From contig NZ_CP032551.1 in NCBI RefSeq assembly GCF_009734345.1, forward strand, positions 960,001 through 992,000: a DNA stretch of 32,000 nt. Reading direction: 5' to 3'. The translations under genes were made by a program, and so were the position numbers. How positions within the stretch are numbered: position 1 is the stretch's first letter; each line of letters begins with the position of its first letter. The DNA comes from Pseudidiomarina andamanensis. GTDB taxonomy: Bacteria; Pseudomonadota; Gammaproteobacteria; Enterobacterales; Alteromonadaceae. Shown in pieces: positions 9,264-18,157 of the stretch. The notes under the pieces were generated by a model. The model worked only from the letters and a program-made list of their open reading frames with translations. It ran no database searches and was not told where the DNA came from.

Positions 9264-10844
9264 TTACTTCATGTGCACTAACATACTGGTAGGATCTTCT
9301 AAAAATTCCTGCCAGCGTTTGTTAAAGCGAGCAATAGTTCCGCCATCAATAATGCGGTGGTCACCCGACCAGCTTGCTGTCATGATCTTACGCGCCACAA
9401 CGTTGCCATTGGCATCAAAGCGCGGTAGTTCTTGCACTTTGCCTAGGGCGACAATCGCCGCTTCTGGTTTATTGATGATTGGCGTTGCAACCGTGCCGCC
9501 AATGACCCCGATATTCGAGATGGAAATGGTGCCACCTTTCATATCTTCTTGCGCCACGCGACCTTCACGGGCCGCTTGGGTTAAGCGAGTCACTTCTTCA
9601 GCAACTTCAATGATGCTCTTGTTCTGTACTTGTTTCACATTGGGTACTAATAAACCAATCTTGGTATCTACTGCCATACCAATGTTATGGTCGTCATAGT
9701 AAGTGATTTCAGTGCAATCATCATTGACCTGCGCGTTCATCACAGGGAATTCTTTCAACGCAAGCGACAAGGCTTTGATGAAGAACGGCATCATGGTGAT
9801 GCGGATACCTTCATCGGCATAACGTTCTTTCAACTGCTTCTGCAGCGCCATCACGTTGGTCAAATCAAATTCGTCGGCATACGTGAAGTGCGGTATAGTG
9901 CTGACCGACTTCATCATTTGCTTAGCCATGGCCGCTTTCACGCCACGAATTGGCTCGACGTGCGTACCGCCAGCTTTCGCTACTTGAGCTGTGCCAGTGT
10001 TCGCGGCTGCTGTCGATGCCGCCGCTGGGCTCGCATGGTCACCCTTCGCAAACGCCTCAACGTCTTCTTTCATCACGCGACCTTTGGCGCCAGAACCCGA
10101 TACCTGACTAATATCGACATCTAGCTCGCGGGCACGACGACGAACTGCAGGGCTAGCAATTGCTTTACCTTGGCGTGCTGCAGCTGGTGCTTCGACACTG
10201 CCAGCTTTCGGTTTAGCACTTGTCGCTGTTGATTCTTGCTGACTCGAAGCTGCGGGTGCTGATTGATCCGCATTCGAAGCGGAGGCGCTGCCAGCGACAC
10301 GAATCGCAAACAACGGCTCGTGCACCTTGGCAATATCGCCTTGTTTATAATAAAGCTTCTCAACAACACCGTTTTCTTTAGCAGGAATTTGTACCAGCGC
10401 CTTATCGGTCATCACATCAACCACAGGCTGATCTTCTTCAATGGTATCGCCTTCTTTTACCTGCCATTCAACAATTTCACACTCAACAATACCTTCGCCG
10501 ATATCCGGCAGAATAAAGTCAGTAACTGTGCTACCTGAGTCACTTTGCTTAGGAGCGGCCTCTTGCTTCGGCTCGGCTGCAACCGGTTTATTCTCAGAAC
10601 TAGAGTCACCGCTGTCGATTGCGAATAACGGCTCATGCACCTTGGCAATATCACCTTTTTCGTAATAAAGCTTCGCAACAACGCCATCTTCTTTGGCTGG
10701 AATTTGTACTAGAGCTTTATCAGTCATCACATCAACCACTGGCTGATCTTCTTTAATGCTGTCGCCTTCTTTAACCAACCACTCGACGATTTCGCACTCG
10801 ACAATACCTTCGCCGATGTCTGGTAAGATAAAATCTTTACTCAT
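9264..10844 (-). CDS. bkdB: dihydrolipoamide acyltransferase (E2) of branched-chain alpha-keto acid dehydrogenase, with two lipoyl domains
   Basis: Two N-terminal lipoyl domains carry the VMTDKALV lipoyl-lysine motif (K43, K148). These are followed by Ala/Pro-rich linkers, an E3/E1-binding segment (KAIASPAVRRRARELDVDISQVSGSGAKGRV) and a catalytic domain with the DHRIIDG active-site motif. It sits last in the operon, behind the E1 alpha/beta genes. AGAGG lies 8 nt upstream of the ATG. Confidence 0.85.
   Translation of the reverse strand: MSKDFILPDIGEGIVECEIVEWLVKEGDSIKEDQPVVDVMTDKALVQIPAKEDGVVAKLYYEKGDIAKVHEPLFAIDSGDSSSENKPVAAEPKQEAAPKQSDSGSTVTDFILPDIGEGIVECEIVEWQVKEGDTIEEDQPVVDVMTDKALVQIPAKENGVVEKLYYKQGDIAKVHEPLFAIRVAGSASASNADQSAPAASSQQESTATSAKPKAGSVEAPAAARQGKAIASPAVRRRARELDVDISQVSGSGAKGRVMKEDVEAFAKGDHASPAAASTAAANTGTAQVAKAGGTHVEPIRGVKAAMAKQMMKSVSTIPHFTYADEFDLTNVMALQKQLKERYADEGIRITMMPFFIKALSLALKEFPVMNAQVNDDCTEITYYDDHNIGMAVDTKIGLLVPNVKQVQNKSIIEVAEEVTRLTQAAREGRVAQEDMKGGTISISNIGVIGGTVATPIINKPEAAIVALGKVQELPRFDANGNVVARKIMTASWSGDHRIIDGGTIARFNKRWQEFLEDPTSMLVHMK
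10302..10520 (-). repeat. lipoyl-domain coding repeat, copy 2 (E2 aa 109-181)
   Basis: Encodes DFILPDIGEGIVECEIVEWQVKEGDTIEEDQPVVDVMTDKALVQIPAKENGVVEKLYYKQGDIAKVHEPLFAI. By hand alignment, 66 of 73 residues are identical to copy 1, at an offset of 315 nt. Confidence 0.85.
10617..10835 (-). repeat. lipoyl-domain coding repeat, copy 1 (E2 aa 4-76)
   Basis: Encodes DFILPDIGEGIVECEIVEWLVKEGDSIKEDQPVVDVMTDKALVQIPAKEDGVVAKLYYEKGDIAKVHEPLFAI. Nucleotide similarity to copy 2 is clearly visible, e.g. the shared ggcaatatc, gtcatcacatcaaccac, ggctgatcttctt and acaataccttcgccgat. Confidence 0.85.
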
Positions 10845-10856
10845 ATCAAAGGCCTC

Positions 10857-11834
10857 TTAGTAAGTCATCGAAGCTTTAATCGCTTCGTATACTTTCAGGT
10901 GATCCACAAAGTATTCTTTTTCGTGGCTTAACGGGTATGGCGTGTCTAAACCACAAACGCGAGCAATTGGCGATTCCAGGTACAAGAAACATTCGTCTTG
11001 AATGGTTGCCGCCACTTCGCTGGCAAAGCCACCGGTAATTGGTGCTTCTTGGGTAATGACTAAGCGACCTGTTTTACGCACTGATTCAGCAACGGTTTCA
11101 ACGTCCCACGGGAGGATGCTAACTAAGTCGATCACTTCACAATCGATACCATCTTTCGCAGCCATTTCAGCCGCTTTTTCGGCCATTTCAACCTGCGCAC
11201 CCCAAGCTAATACGGTAATATCTTTACCTTCTTTCACCACATCAGCTTTGCCAAGTTCAAGGGTATATTCTTCTTCTGGTACTTCACCGACCGACGCGCG
11301 ATAAAGACGCTTCGGTTCCATAAACAACACAGGGTTCTTGTCAAAAATAGCGCTTAGCAACAAACCTTTTGCCATATATGGATTACGTGGCATCACAATC
11401 TTCAAGCCCGGTGTATGGGCAAAATAGGCTTCTGGTGATTGTGAATGGTAATGACCACCGGCAATACCACCGCCGTAAGGAGTACGAATGGTTAAGCCAC
11501 CAACATTAAACTCATCACCTGAACGATAACGGAACTTTGCTGATTCATTCACAATTTGGTCGAACGCTGGGAAGATATAATCACCGAATTGAATTTCAGC
11601 AACCGCATAACTACCTTGCGATGCTAAACCGTTAGCGAAACCTAAAATACCCTGCTCAACCAACGGCGTATTAAAGTTGCGGTGACGACCGTACTTCTCG
11701 GTTAAACCAGAAGTTGCGCGGAACACCCCGCCAAACGCACCGGTATCTTCACCAAAGCTATAAACTTTGTCACTTTTCGCCATGGCGATATCAAGCGCAT
11801 TGTTGATGGCTTGTAAAAGATTCATCTTGGCCAT
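10857..11834 (-). CDS. bkdA2: branched-chain alpha-keto acid dehydrogenase E1 beta subunit
   Basis: Typical transketolase-like E1 beta: [59 protein letters not shown]. The start overlaps the E1 alpha stop (TAATG at 11832..11836). Confidence 0.9.
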   Translation of the reverse strand: MAKMNLLQAINNALDIAMAKSDKVYSFGEDTGAFGGVFRATSGLTEKYGRHRNFNTPLVEQGILGFANGLASQGSYAVAEIQFGDYIFPAFDQIVNESAKFRYRSGDEFNVGGLTIRTPYGGGIAGGHYHSQSPEAYFAHTPGLKIVMPRNPYMAKGLLLSAIFDKNPVLFMEPKRLYRASVGEVPEEEYTLELGKADVVKEGKDITVLAWGAQVEMAEKAAEMAAKDGIDCEVIDLVSILPWDVETVAESVRKTGRLVITQEAPITGGFASEVAATIQDECFLYLESPIARVCGLDTPYPLSHEKEYFVDHLKVYEAIKASMTY

Positions 11835-13033
11835 TATTTGTCACCCCCATCAATACGCGACGCAGTTTTCGGATAAGCTTCCGGATATTTGCGAATATGC
11901 GCTTTCAGCGCCTCAAGTTGTTTCTTGAGATGCTTCGGTGGCGTGTCATAAACGTCTTCGATAATCTCATCGATGTGCGGCACAGGCACAGTTTCAGCCG
12001 ACTTCAATGCCGCCAATACTGCTGCCTTTTTCTCATCATAGTTCTTCTGTGCTTCGTCTTCGCTAATCCAAGCTTGGTTCTGTAACCATTTTTGGAAACG
12101 TACAACCGGGTCTTTTGCACGCCACGCATCTTCTTCTTCGCGGGTACGATATCCGGTAGGGTCGTCCGAGGTTGAGTGTCCCGCCATACGGTAACTCATA
12201 CCTTCAATCAGTACAGGCTCATTTTCTTCAACCGCTAATTGACGTGCCAATTGCGTAGCTTTGTACACAGCAAATAGATCGTTACCATCGACGCGAATCG
12301 TCTTCATACCATAAGCAACACCGCGCGGTGCAATACCGTCACCGGCATACTGCTCGCCCTGTGAAGGCGTTGAAATGGCATAACCATTGTTACGGCAGAA
12401 GAAAATCGCTGGCACTTTATAAACCGCAGCCATATTTAATGCTGCGTGGAAGTCGCCTTCAGAGGCTGCGCCTTCACCAAAGTAACAAATGGTACAGTTG
12501 CCTGATTTATCCATCTTCTGGCCATAAGCATAACCCGTTGCTTGAGGAATTTGAGTCGCTAATGGCGACGCAATGGTCATAAAGTTCAACTCTGCACAAC
12601 CATAGTGAACCGGCATTTGACGGCCTTTACCTAGGTCGCGCTCGTTCGAGAATAGCTGATTCATGAACTGCTCTACGGTAAAGCCACGAAACGCTAACGC
12701 GCCCTGCTCACGGTATTGGCCCATGATCATGTCGTCGTCACTTAGTGCCGCTGCTGAACCGATACTGGCAGCCTCCTCACCCAACGACGACAAATAAAAG
12801 CTAATCCGACCTTGGCGTTGCGCTGCAATCATGCGCTCGTCCAAAATACGGATAAATTGCATCGTGTCGAAAATCTTAAGAGCGAGCTCTTTGTCCATTT
12901 CTGGCTGCTCTGCACCTTTGCGAATGGTACCGTCCTCAGCGAGGATCTGTAGCATTGGAATCTTCAACGCCGAACCGTCAATAAACTGCGGTTTGGTCAC
13001 GATGTCCAGCTGATGTTGTTTATCTTTCGCCAT
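11834..13033 (-). CDS. bkdA1: branched-chain alpha-keto acid dehydrogenase E1 alpha subunit (TPP-binding)
   Basis: Motifs shared with P. putida BkdA1 and human BCKDHA: [40 protein letters not shown] (TPP motif), [24 protein letters not shown]. Confidence 0.9.
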   Translation of the reverse strand: MAKDKQHQLDIVTKPQFIDGSALKIPMLQILAEDGTIRKGAEQPEMDKELALKIFDTMQFIRILDERMIAAQRQGRISFYLSSLGEEAASIGSAAALSDDDMIMGQYREQGALAFRGFTVEQFMNQLFSNERDLGKGRQMPVHYGCAELNFMTIASPLATQIPQATGYAYGQKMDKSGNCTICYFGEGAASEGDFHAALNMAAVYKVPAIFFCRNNGYAISTPSQGEQYAGDGIAPRGVAYGMKTIRVDGNDLFAVYKATQLARQLAVEENEPVLIEGMSYRMAGHSTSDDPTGYRTREEEDAWRAKDPVVRFQKWLQNQAWISEDEAQKNYDEKKAAVLAALKSAETVPVPHIDEIIEDVYDTPPKHLKKQLEALKAHIRKYPEAYPKTASRIDGGDK

Positions 13034-13119
13034 AACTTTCTCGTTCTAAGAAAAATTGCGCACACTTTACCTTTACGTCAACTGACATGCAAACAAGGTG
13101 CGTCATAAAAAGTTAAAAA

Positions 13120-14175
13120 TCAGACCAGTTTCAAATTCTCAACTGGCATAGGTACAACGGTCAGTAAAGCGCGCTGTCCGAGTGCTACTTTGGCATTGGG
13201 GAAAATGATCCGTTCCCCTGACTGCTCTACTGTATATTCATTCTCGCCATCAACCGCCAACAGGTGCCCCAGCTCAAACTCGGTAAAATTCGCGACGTCA
13301 TCGGCAAAATTTAGTCGGAAATCTTCAGCCGTGCGATCGATAGAACGGCTTACGTCATAAACGTGATGACGGTTGCTATCAAACTGAGGAAGTTCCAATT
13401 CACTTGTACTGATAAGTTTACGAAACATCGTGTCAGCATCAGCAAATCGGTTCATATCATTTTCGCCAAATGGACGAACTTTGCCCAATTCGACGGTAAA
13501 CGCATCAGCATTGTGCTCGCGAACACTGTAGTAGCTGAAGGTCGTGGTCGGTGCTTGATTCAATAAAATAGTATCAACGCCGCACTCAGCTAAAAATGTC
13601 AGTTGTTCTCTCTTATATGGGCCGCCATGGGTAAATGGGTACACCGCAAATTTCTCGTGAGCTGAATCTCGAATCGCCGTGTGCAAATCATAGTGATAAC
13701 GGCGCTCTTGTTTAAAAAAACGAGACACATACTGTTCAAGTTTAGCCGCGCGACGGTGCTCAGGCGTATCGCCTTTAGCATGAGCGCCGCTAAACAATCG
13801 GTTCATATTCACATCAATAAACCGCGTGCCGTTAACTATAGCCGCGGGGTTGGCAATAAGGAACAGCGTGCGATGTTGTACCTGTAACTTTCCGGCAAGG
13901 ATGTCTCTAACCATGTCACGCACTATTTCAATGGGCGCTGTTTCGTCACCGTGTACTGCGCATGAAAAGATAACGTCTTTATTGCCAGGTTGATCGGGTT
14001 CCACCGCAATAACCCCTGCGTCCCAAAACTCAACTCGAGAGGTTTCGGTACGTAATGACGTGCCGACCAGCGATTCCCCCTCATAAGGGCCAAGTACGTC
14101 TGGCAAATCTGGCAAAGCTTGCCCTGTGGCTTCGAAATAACTCGCAATCGTCCACTTCAATACATCGAGTGTCAC
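13120..14175 (-). CDS. astE: succinylglutamate desuccinylase (AstE/AspA zinc hydrolase family)
   Basis: Zinc motif AVHGDETAPIE, matching the E. coli AstE region GIHGNETAP. Length and overall pattern fit AstE. I place the start at the GTG at 14175..14173, with GGAGA 6 nt upstream. The track start at 14214 would run 43 nt into the upstream gene. Confidence 0.8.
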   Translation of the reverse strand: MTLDVLKWTIASYFEATGQALPDLPDVLGPYEGESLVGTSLRTETSRVEFWDAGVIAVEPDQPGNKDVIFSCAVHGDETAPIEIVRDMVRDILAGKLQVQHRTLFLIANPAAIVNGTRFIDVNMNRLFSGAHAKGDTPEHRRAAKLEQYVSRFFKQERRYHYDLHTAIRDSAHEKFAVYPFTHGGPYKREQLTFLAECGVDTILLNQAPTTTFSYYSVREHNADAFTVELGKVRPFGENDMNRFADADTMFRKLISTSELELPQFDSNRHHVYDVSRSIDRTAEDFRLNFADDVANFTEFELGHLLAVDGENEYTVEQSGERIIFPNAKVALGQRALLTVVPMPVENLKLV

Positions 14176-14903
14176 TGTGATTCTCCATTTTCTTTGATCG
14201 GGCCTGGCTCCCACCCTTTTGTCGCGAGCAAGGCTCTGAGTACTTTTGAGCGATATTCACGTCGATACAACACTGCCACGACAACTGCCGTCGATGCGAT
14301 AAACAAGTATGGGTGAATAAACCAACATAAGTACGCTAGCGCAAAATAATACGAACGCAGTCCATTGTTATATTCATGGCCAGCTTGATCGATGACTTTG
14401 GCTGCTTGTCGAGCAAAAATCTCTCGTTGTTCATCAGTAAATTCGGTGGAGCGATATTGTGGCGCTGCCCCCATAAGCACTGAGACAAATCCAAACTGCC
14501 GAATCGACCAAGTAAATTTAAAGAAGGCAAATACGAACAATAGCGACAGCACGGCGAGTTTAAATTGCACTTTGTCTGGTGCCGTATCAGCGGTGTACGG
14601 AATTGAATGAAGCACTTCAACCACTTTGTCAGCCGACGCTAATAACGTTAGTACACCAGCTAGTACCAGAACAGTTGATGACGCAAAGAATGTGACCGTA
14701 CGCTCCACGTTCCCGAGCAACGCCGCATCAGCAATTTGGTGCTCTTTTCGGGTGAGTGTGCGCATCCAATCAATGCGCAGTTGACGCAAAATGTGAGACA
14801 GACTGTAGGTTGTGCGAGCTCGCAATCGTGCAAATTGGGTGTAGATAACCCAGACAGACACAAAAAACACCAATGCGACGATGTCAATAAGCGCCAAGTT
14901 CAT
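14172..14903 (-). CDS. DUF599-family integral membrane protein
   Basis: 243 aa with about 4 TM helices. The N-terminal pattern ...SLSHILRQLRIDWMRTLTRKEHQIADAALLGNVERTVTFFASSTVLVLAG matches my recollection of the DUF599 signature (R..WM......RI.D..L......FFAST). GGAAGG lies 6 nt upstream of the ATG. The stop TGA overlaps the astE GTG (GTGA). Confidence 0.6.
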   Translation of the reverse strand: MNLALIDIVALVFFVSVWVIYTQFARLRARTTYSLSHILRQLRIDWMRTLTRKEHQIADAALLGNVERTVTFFASSTVLVLAGVLTLLASADKVVEVLHSIPYTADTAPDKVQFKLAVLSLLFVFAFFKFTWSIRQFGFVSVLMGAAPQYRSTEFTDEQREIFARQAAKVIDQAGHEYNNGLRSYYFALAYLCWFIHPYLFIASTAVVVAVLYRREYRSKVLRALLATKGWEPGPIKENGESQ

Positions 14904-14925
14904 GCATGACCTTCCTGTGACTAAC

Positions 14926-14951
14926 TGCTAGCAGCACAATTGCTGCTAGCA
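14926..14951 (-). terminator. GC-rich stem-loop between the RND pump gene and DUF599 (no U tract; attenuator or RNA-stability element rather than a strong terminator)
   Basis: Perfect inverted repeat GCTAGCAGC (14927..14935) / GCTGCTAGC (14942..14950) with a 6-nt loop and one extra flanking T-A pair. On the minus strand it is followed by AGTTAGTCACAGGAAGG, which is not a U run. Confidence 0.35.
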
Positions 14952-14980
14952 TCTATTAGTGTAAGGTCAATAGTTTAACA

Positions 14981-17900
14981 TTATGTGACGGAATTTTGTT
15001 GTTCTGATTTCGGTTCTGGGGGCTTGGTCAGACCATACCAGCTCAACATAGTCTTCACGCCACGACGCGTGTCGTTCAGAATCAAATACAAGCACGGTAC
15101 CAGTAATAACGTAATGACCGTTGCAAATAGAATACCGAAGGCTAATGAGATGGCCATTGGAATAACCAGCTGAGCTTGCATACTCTTCTCAAGCACAATC
15201 GGTGCAAGACCGAAAAACGTTGTTAATGAGGTCAAAATAATCGCACGGAAGCGTGCAACCCCAGCCTCACTGACGGCTTTTCGCAAACTCTCACCATCCG
15301 CTCTGGCGCGGTTAACATAATCAACCATTACCAGTGAATCGTTCACCACAACCCCAGCCAGCGCAATAATTCCGAACAAGCTCAGAATGGAAATTGGCAT
15401 ACCCAAAATCCAATGGCCAACTACCGCGCCAATCATGCCAAATGGTATCACCGACATGATAATCAACGGCTGACTATATGATTTCAATGGAATTGCCATT
15501 AATGCGTAAATAGCAAATAGTGCCAACATAAATCCAAGCGCCAGTGAATTGGTCGCTTCGGCTTCATCTTGTGATGCGCCTTCAAGTTGGAATCCTACCG
15601 AAGGATAGCGATCAAGAATCGGCTGAATTTTGCCCTCACGAACCTGTCGCACGATATCAAACGGCTGCACTTTCTCTTTATCGACACGAGCACGCACGTT
15701 TACTGAGCGCTCTCGATTAATACGAGTAATGGTGTTGTAGCCTTTCGCGAAACGTACATCCGCTAACTCGGTAAACGGAATTAATGAACCTTCAGCTGTA
15801 CGCAGTTTCATATCTTCAAGGTTACCAACTGACTGACGCTCTGACAGTGGATAACGCACCATGACTTTCACTTCTTCATCATCGCGCTGAATACGCTGCG
15901 CTTCCGCACCGTAGAAAGCGTAACGAACCTGGCTCGCTAACTCTTGCAACGTAATTCCCATAGCCGTAGCTAAAGGCTTCAGTTCAAGAATAATTTCGTC
16001 GTTACCTTCACCAAAGGTATCTTCAATGTCAAAAACACCGTCGAATTGGGCAAGATCTTGCTTCAATAAAGTTGCGGCTGCGGCAAGTTCTTCAAGGTTT
16101 TCACCGGTTAGCTGAAACTCAACGTCAAAACCACCGCCGCCGCCAATACTTCCTTGGAAGTTTAGCGCTTTCACGCCAGCAATTTCGGGGGTCGATTCAC
16201 GCCAATTATTGATAATCGCAAACCCATCAAGGTTACGATCTTCGCCCTTTTCAAGCTCAGCGAAAACGGTGCCGCTAGTGGTTCCATTCATCCACACGTT
16301 GATATGTTTGATAATGTTTTCGCCATCATCTTGCTCAGCTTTTTTATCCACATCAAGCAACGCTTGCTCAACTGTCTGCAACGTGCGAATAGTTGACTCT
16401 TCAGAAGCGCCAGGTTGCATCGTTACATTGGCTTGAATGAAGTCGCTTGGAATATTTGGGAAGAATACCCAGCGCACTGTACCACCGGCGATTAAACCAA
16501 TCGAAAGAATAAACAAGCCGATAAAAGCAGCGAGCGTGGTATAACGATAATGTAGGCACTTCTTCAAGAACGGTTGATAGTAAGTCTTAGCAAAATAGAG
16601 CAAACCATTAGAAATCTTGTTACGGACACGCTGGAAGCCATTTTGCTTCTCATTACCGCCTTTGGAGAATTTCATGTGTGCAATGTGGGCCGGCAGAATA
16701 AACTTTGATTCAACCAGTGAGAACGCCAGACATAGAATAACAACCCACGCAATAGATTCCCAAATGGCGCCCATGCCACCTTCAACCATGAGCATCGGAA
16801 TAAACGCCACCATGGTGGTGAGTACACCAAACGTCGCCGGCATGGCCACTTTCTTCGCTCCAATCACCACGTTATCAATTGATTTACCGTTCTTTTCAAT
16901 CTCAGAATAGGCACTTTCCCCAATAACAATGGCGTCATCGACCACTATCCCCAGCACCAATATAAAGCCAAACAGTGAAATCATATTGATTGATATATCA
17001 AACATGGGGAGTGGCATCAGTGCGATGGTACCTAAGAAACACAAAGGAATACCAATCATGACCCAAAATGCCAAGCGTAGCTGCAAGAATAACGCCAGCA
17101 TAATAAACACAAGCGCACCACCAAAAAGCATGTTGTCGATCATTAAATCGAGTCGACCCTGGAGGTAATACGATGAATCACCCCAGTGCGCGATTTGAAC
17201 TTCCGGAGGAAGTTCTTTTTGCTTGCGATCAATGTAACTCTTTACCAACTCTGCAGTTCTTAAATCATTTTGGTCGCCAACTGAGTCAACACGCACAAAA
17301 GTCGACATTTTACCGTCAAATTGTGTGAACCGACGACGCTCAATAAACGCGTCTTGTACGGTTGCGATGTCACCCAAAGTCAAACGAGTGCCGTCTGGCC
17401 GTTTGATCAAAACAATTTTTTCAAACTCATTACCAACATAGGCTTGGTTATTTGCGCGTAGCAAAATATCGCCGTTTGGCGTGCGAATTGAACCACCGGC
17501 AACATCCAACGACGTACCTCGGATGGCTGTGACAATATCTTGGAAGGTCAAGTTATAACGTTGTAAGTCAGCTTCTGAAATTTCCACCGAAATCTCATAA
17601 TCGCGTGCACCGACCACTTCAACTTTGGTAATGCCGCCAATATCTTTAATATCGTCTCGAATTTGTTTGGCGAGCTCTTTTTGCGTGGCTTCATTCACAT
17701 CGCCGAATACACTAATCCAAATCACTTGGCGCTGCGGGCGGATTCGGTAGATATTTGGCTTTTCAATTTGTTGCGGGAAGCTAGGAATTGCATCAACGAG
17801 CATTTTTATCTCGTCCATGACAACCTGAACGTCGTACCCACTTTCGACTTCAATTGAAACCGAGCCGTTGCCTTCACGGGCAGTTGAAGTAACCCGCTCA

Positions 17901-18157
17901 ATACCATTCACGTCTTCAATAGCATCTTCAATTCGAACTAATACGCCTTGTTCTACTTCTTGCGGCGCAGCGCCCGGGAACGGTACCTGAATACTGATAA
18001 TATTCAGCTCGATTTCAGGGAACATTTGCTTACGCACCTGCCCCACCATGAAAATACCGGTAATAATAATCAGTGCCATCAATAGGTTGGCGGCAACTGA
18101 GTTATTGGCCCACCAAGCAATAATGCCCTTTTTCGGATCGATATCGTACTTACTCAT
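14981..18157 (-). CDS. RND efflux transporter permease (AcrB/AcrD/AcrF family)
   Basis: 1058 aa with the 12-TM, two-large-periplasmic-loop layout. The N-terminus IIAWWANNSVAANLLMALIIITGI and conserved TM4-region acidic residues (GIVVDDAIVIGE) are present. An 8-nt overlap (ATGAGTAA) joins it to the adaptor gene. Confidence 0.9.
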   Translation of the reverse strand: MSKYDIDPKKGIIAWWANNSVAANLLMALIIITGIFMVGQVRKQMFPEIELNIISIQVPFPGAAPQEVEQGVLVRIEDAIEDVNGIERVTSTAREGNGSVSIEVESGYDVQVVMDEIKMLVDAIPSFPQQIEKPNIYRIRPQRQVIWISVFGDVNEATQKELAKQIRDDIKDIGGITKVEVVGARDYEISVEISEADLQRYNLTFQDIVTAIRGTSLDVAGGSIRTPNGDILLRANNQAYVGNEFEKIVLIKRPDGTRLTLGDIATVQDAFIERRRFTQFDGKMSTFVRVDSVGDQNDLRTAELVKSYIDRKQKELPPEVQIAHWGDSSYYLQGRLDLMIDNMLFGGALVFIMLALFLQLRLAFWVMIGIPLCFLGTIALMPLPMFDISINMISLFGFILVLGIVVDDAIVIGESAYSEIEKNGKSIDNVVIGAKKVAMPATFGVLTTMVAFIPMLMVEGGMGAIWESIAWVVILCLAFSLVESKFILPAHIAHMKFSKGGNEKQNGFQRVRNKISNGLLYFAKTYYQPFLKKCLHYRYTTLAAFIGLFILSIGLIAGGTVRWVFFPNIPSDFIQANVTMQPGASEESTIRTLQTVEQALLDVDKKAEQDDGENIIKHINVWMNGTTSGTVFAELEKGEDRNLDGFAIINNWRESTPEIAGVKALNFQGSIGGGGGFDVEFQLTGENLEELAAAATLLKQDLAQFDGVFDIEDTFGEGNDEIILELKPLATAMGITLQELASQVRYAFYGAEAQRIQRDDEEVKVMVRYPLSERQSVGNLEDMKLRTAEGSLIPFTELADVRFAKGYNTITRINRERSVNVRARVDKEKVQPFDIVRQVREGKIQPILDRYPSVGFQLEGASQDEAEATNSLALGFMLALFAIYALMAIPLKSYSQPLIIMSVIPFGMIGAVVGHWILGMPISILSLFGIIALAGVVVNDSLVMVDYVNRARADGESLRKAVSEAGVARFRAIILTSLTTFFGLAPIVLEKSMQAQLVIPMAISLAFGILFATVITLLLVPCLYLILNDTRRGVKTMLSWYGLTKPPEPKSEQQNSVT

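Noticed and set aside
9256-10124. Plus-strand ORFs of 147 and 145 aa inside bkdB
   Set aside because: Antisense to a strongly supported E2 gene. Their composition is typical of reverse frames.
13034-13119. Imperfect hairpin (TGACGCA...TGCATGTCA) and a TTGACG -35-like hexamer between astE and bkdA1
   Set aside because: The stem needs a 2-nt bulge and has no U tract. The best -10 candidates at 17-18 nt spacing match the consensus at only 2-3 of 6 positions. This is too weak to call a terminator or promoter.
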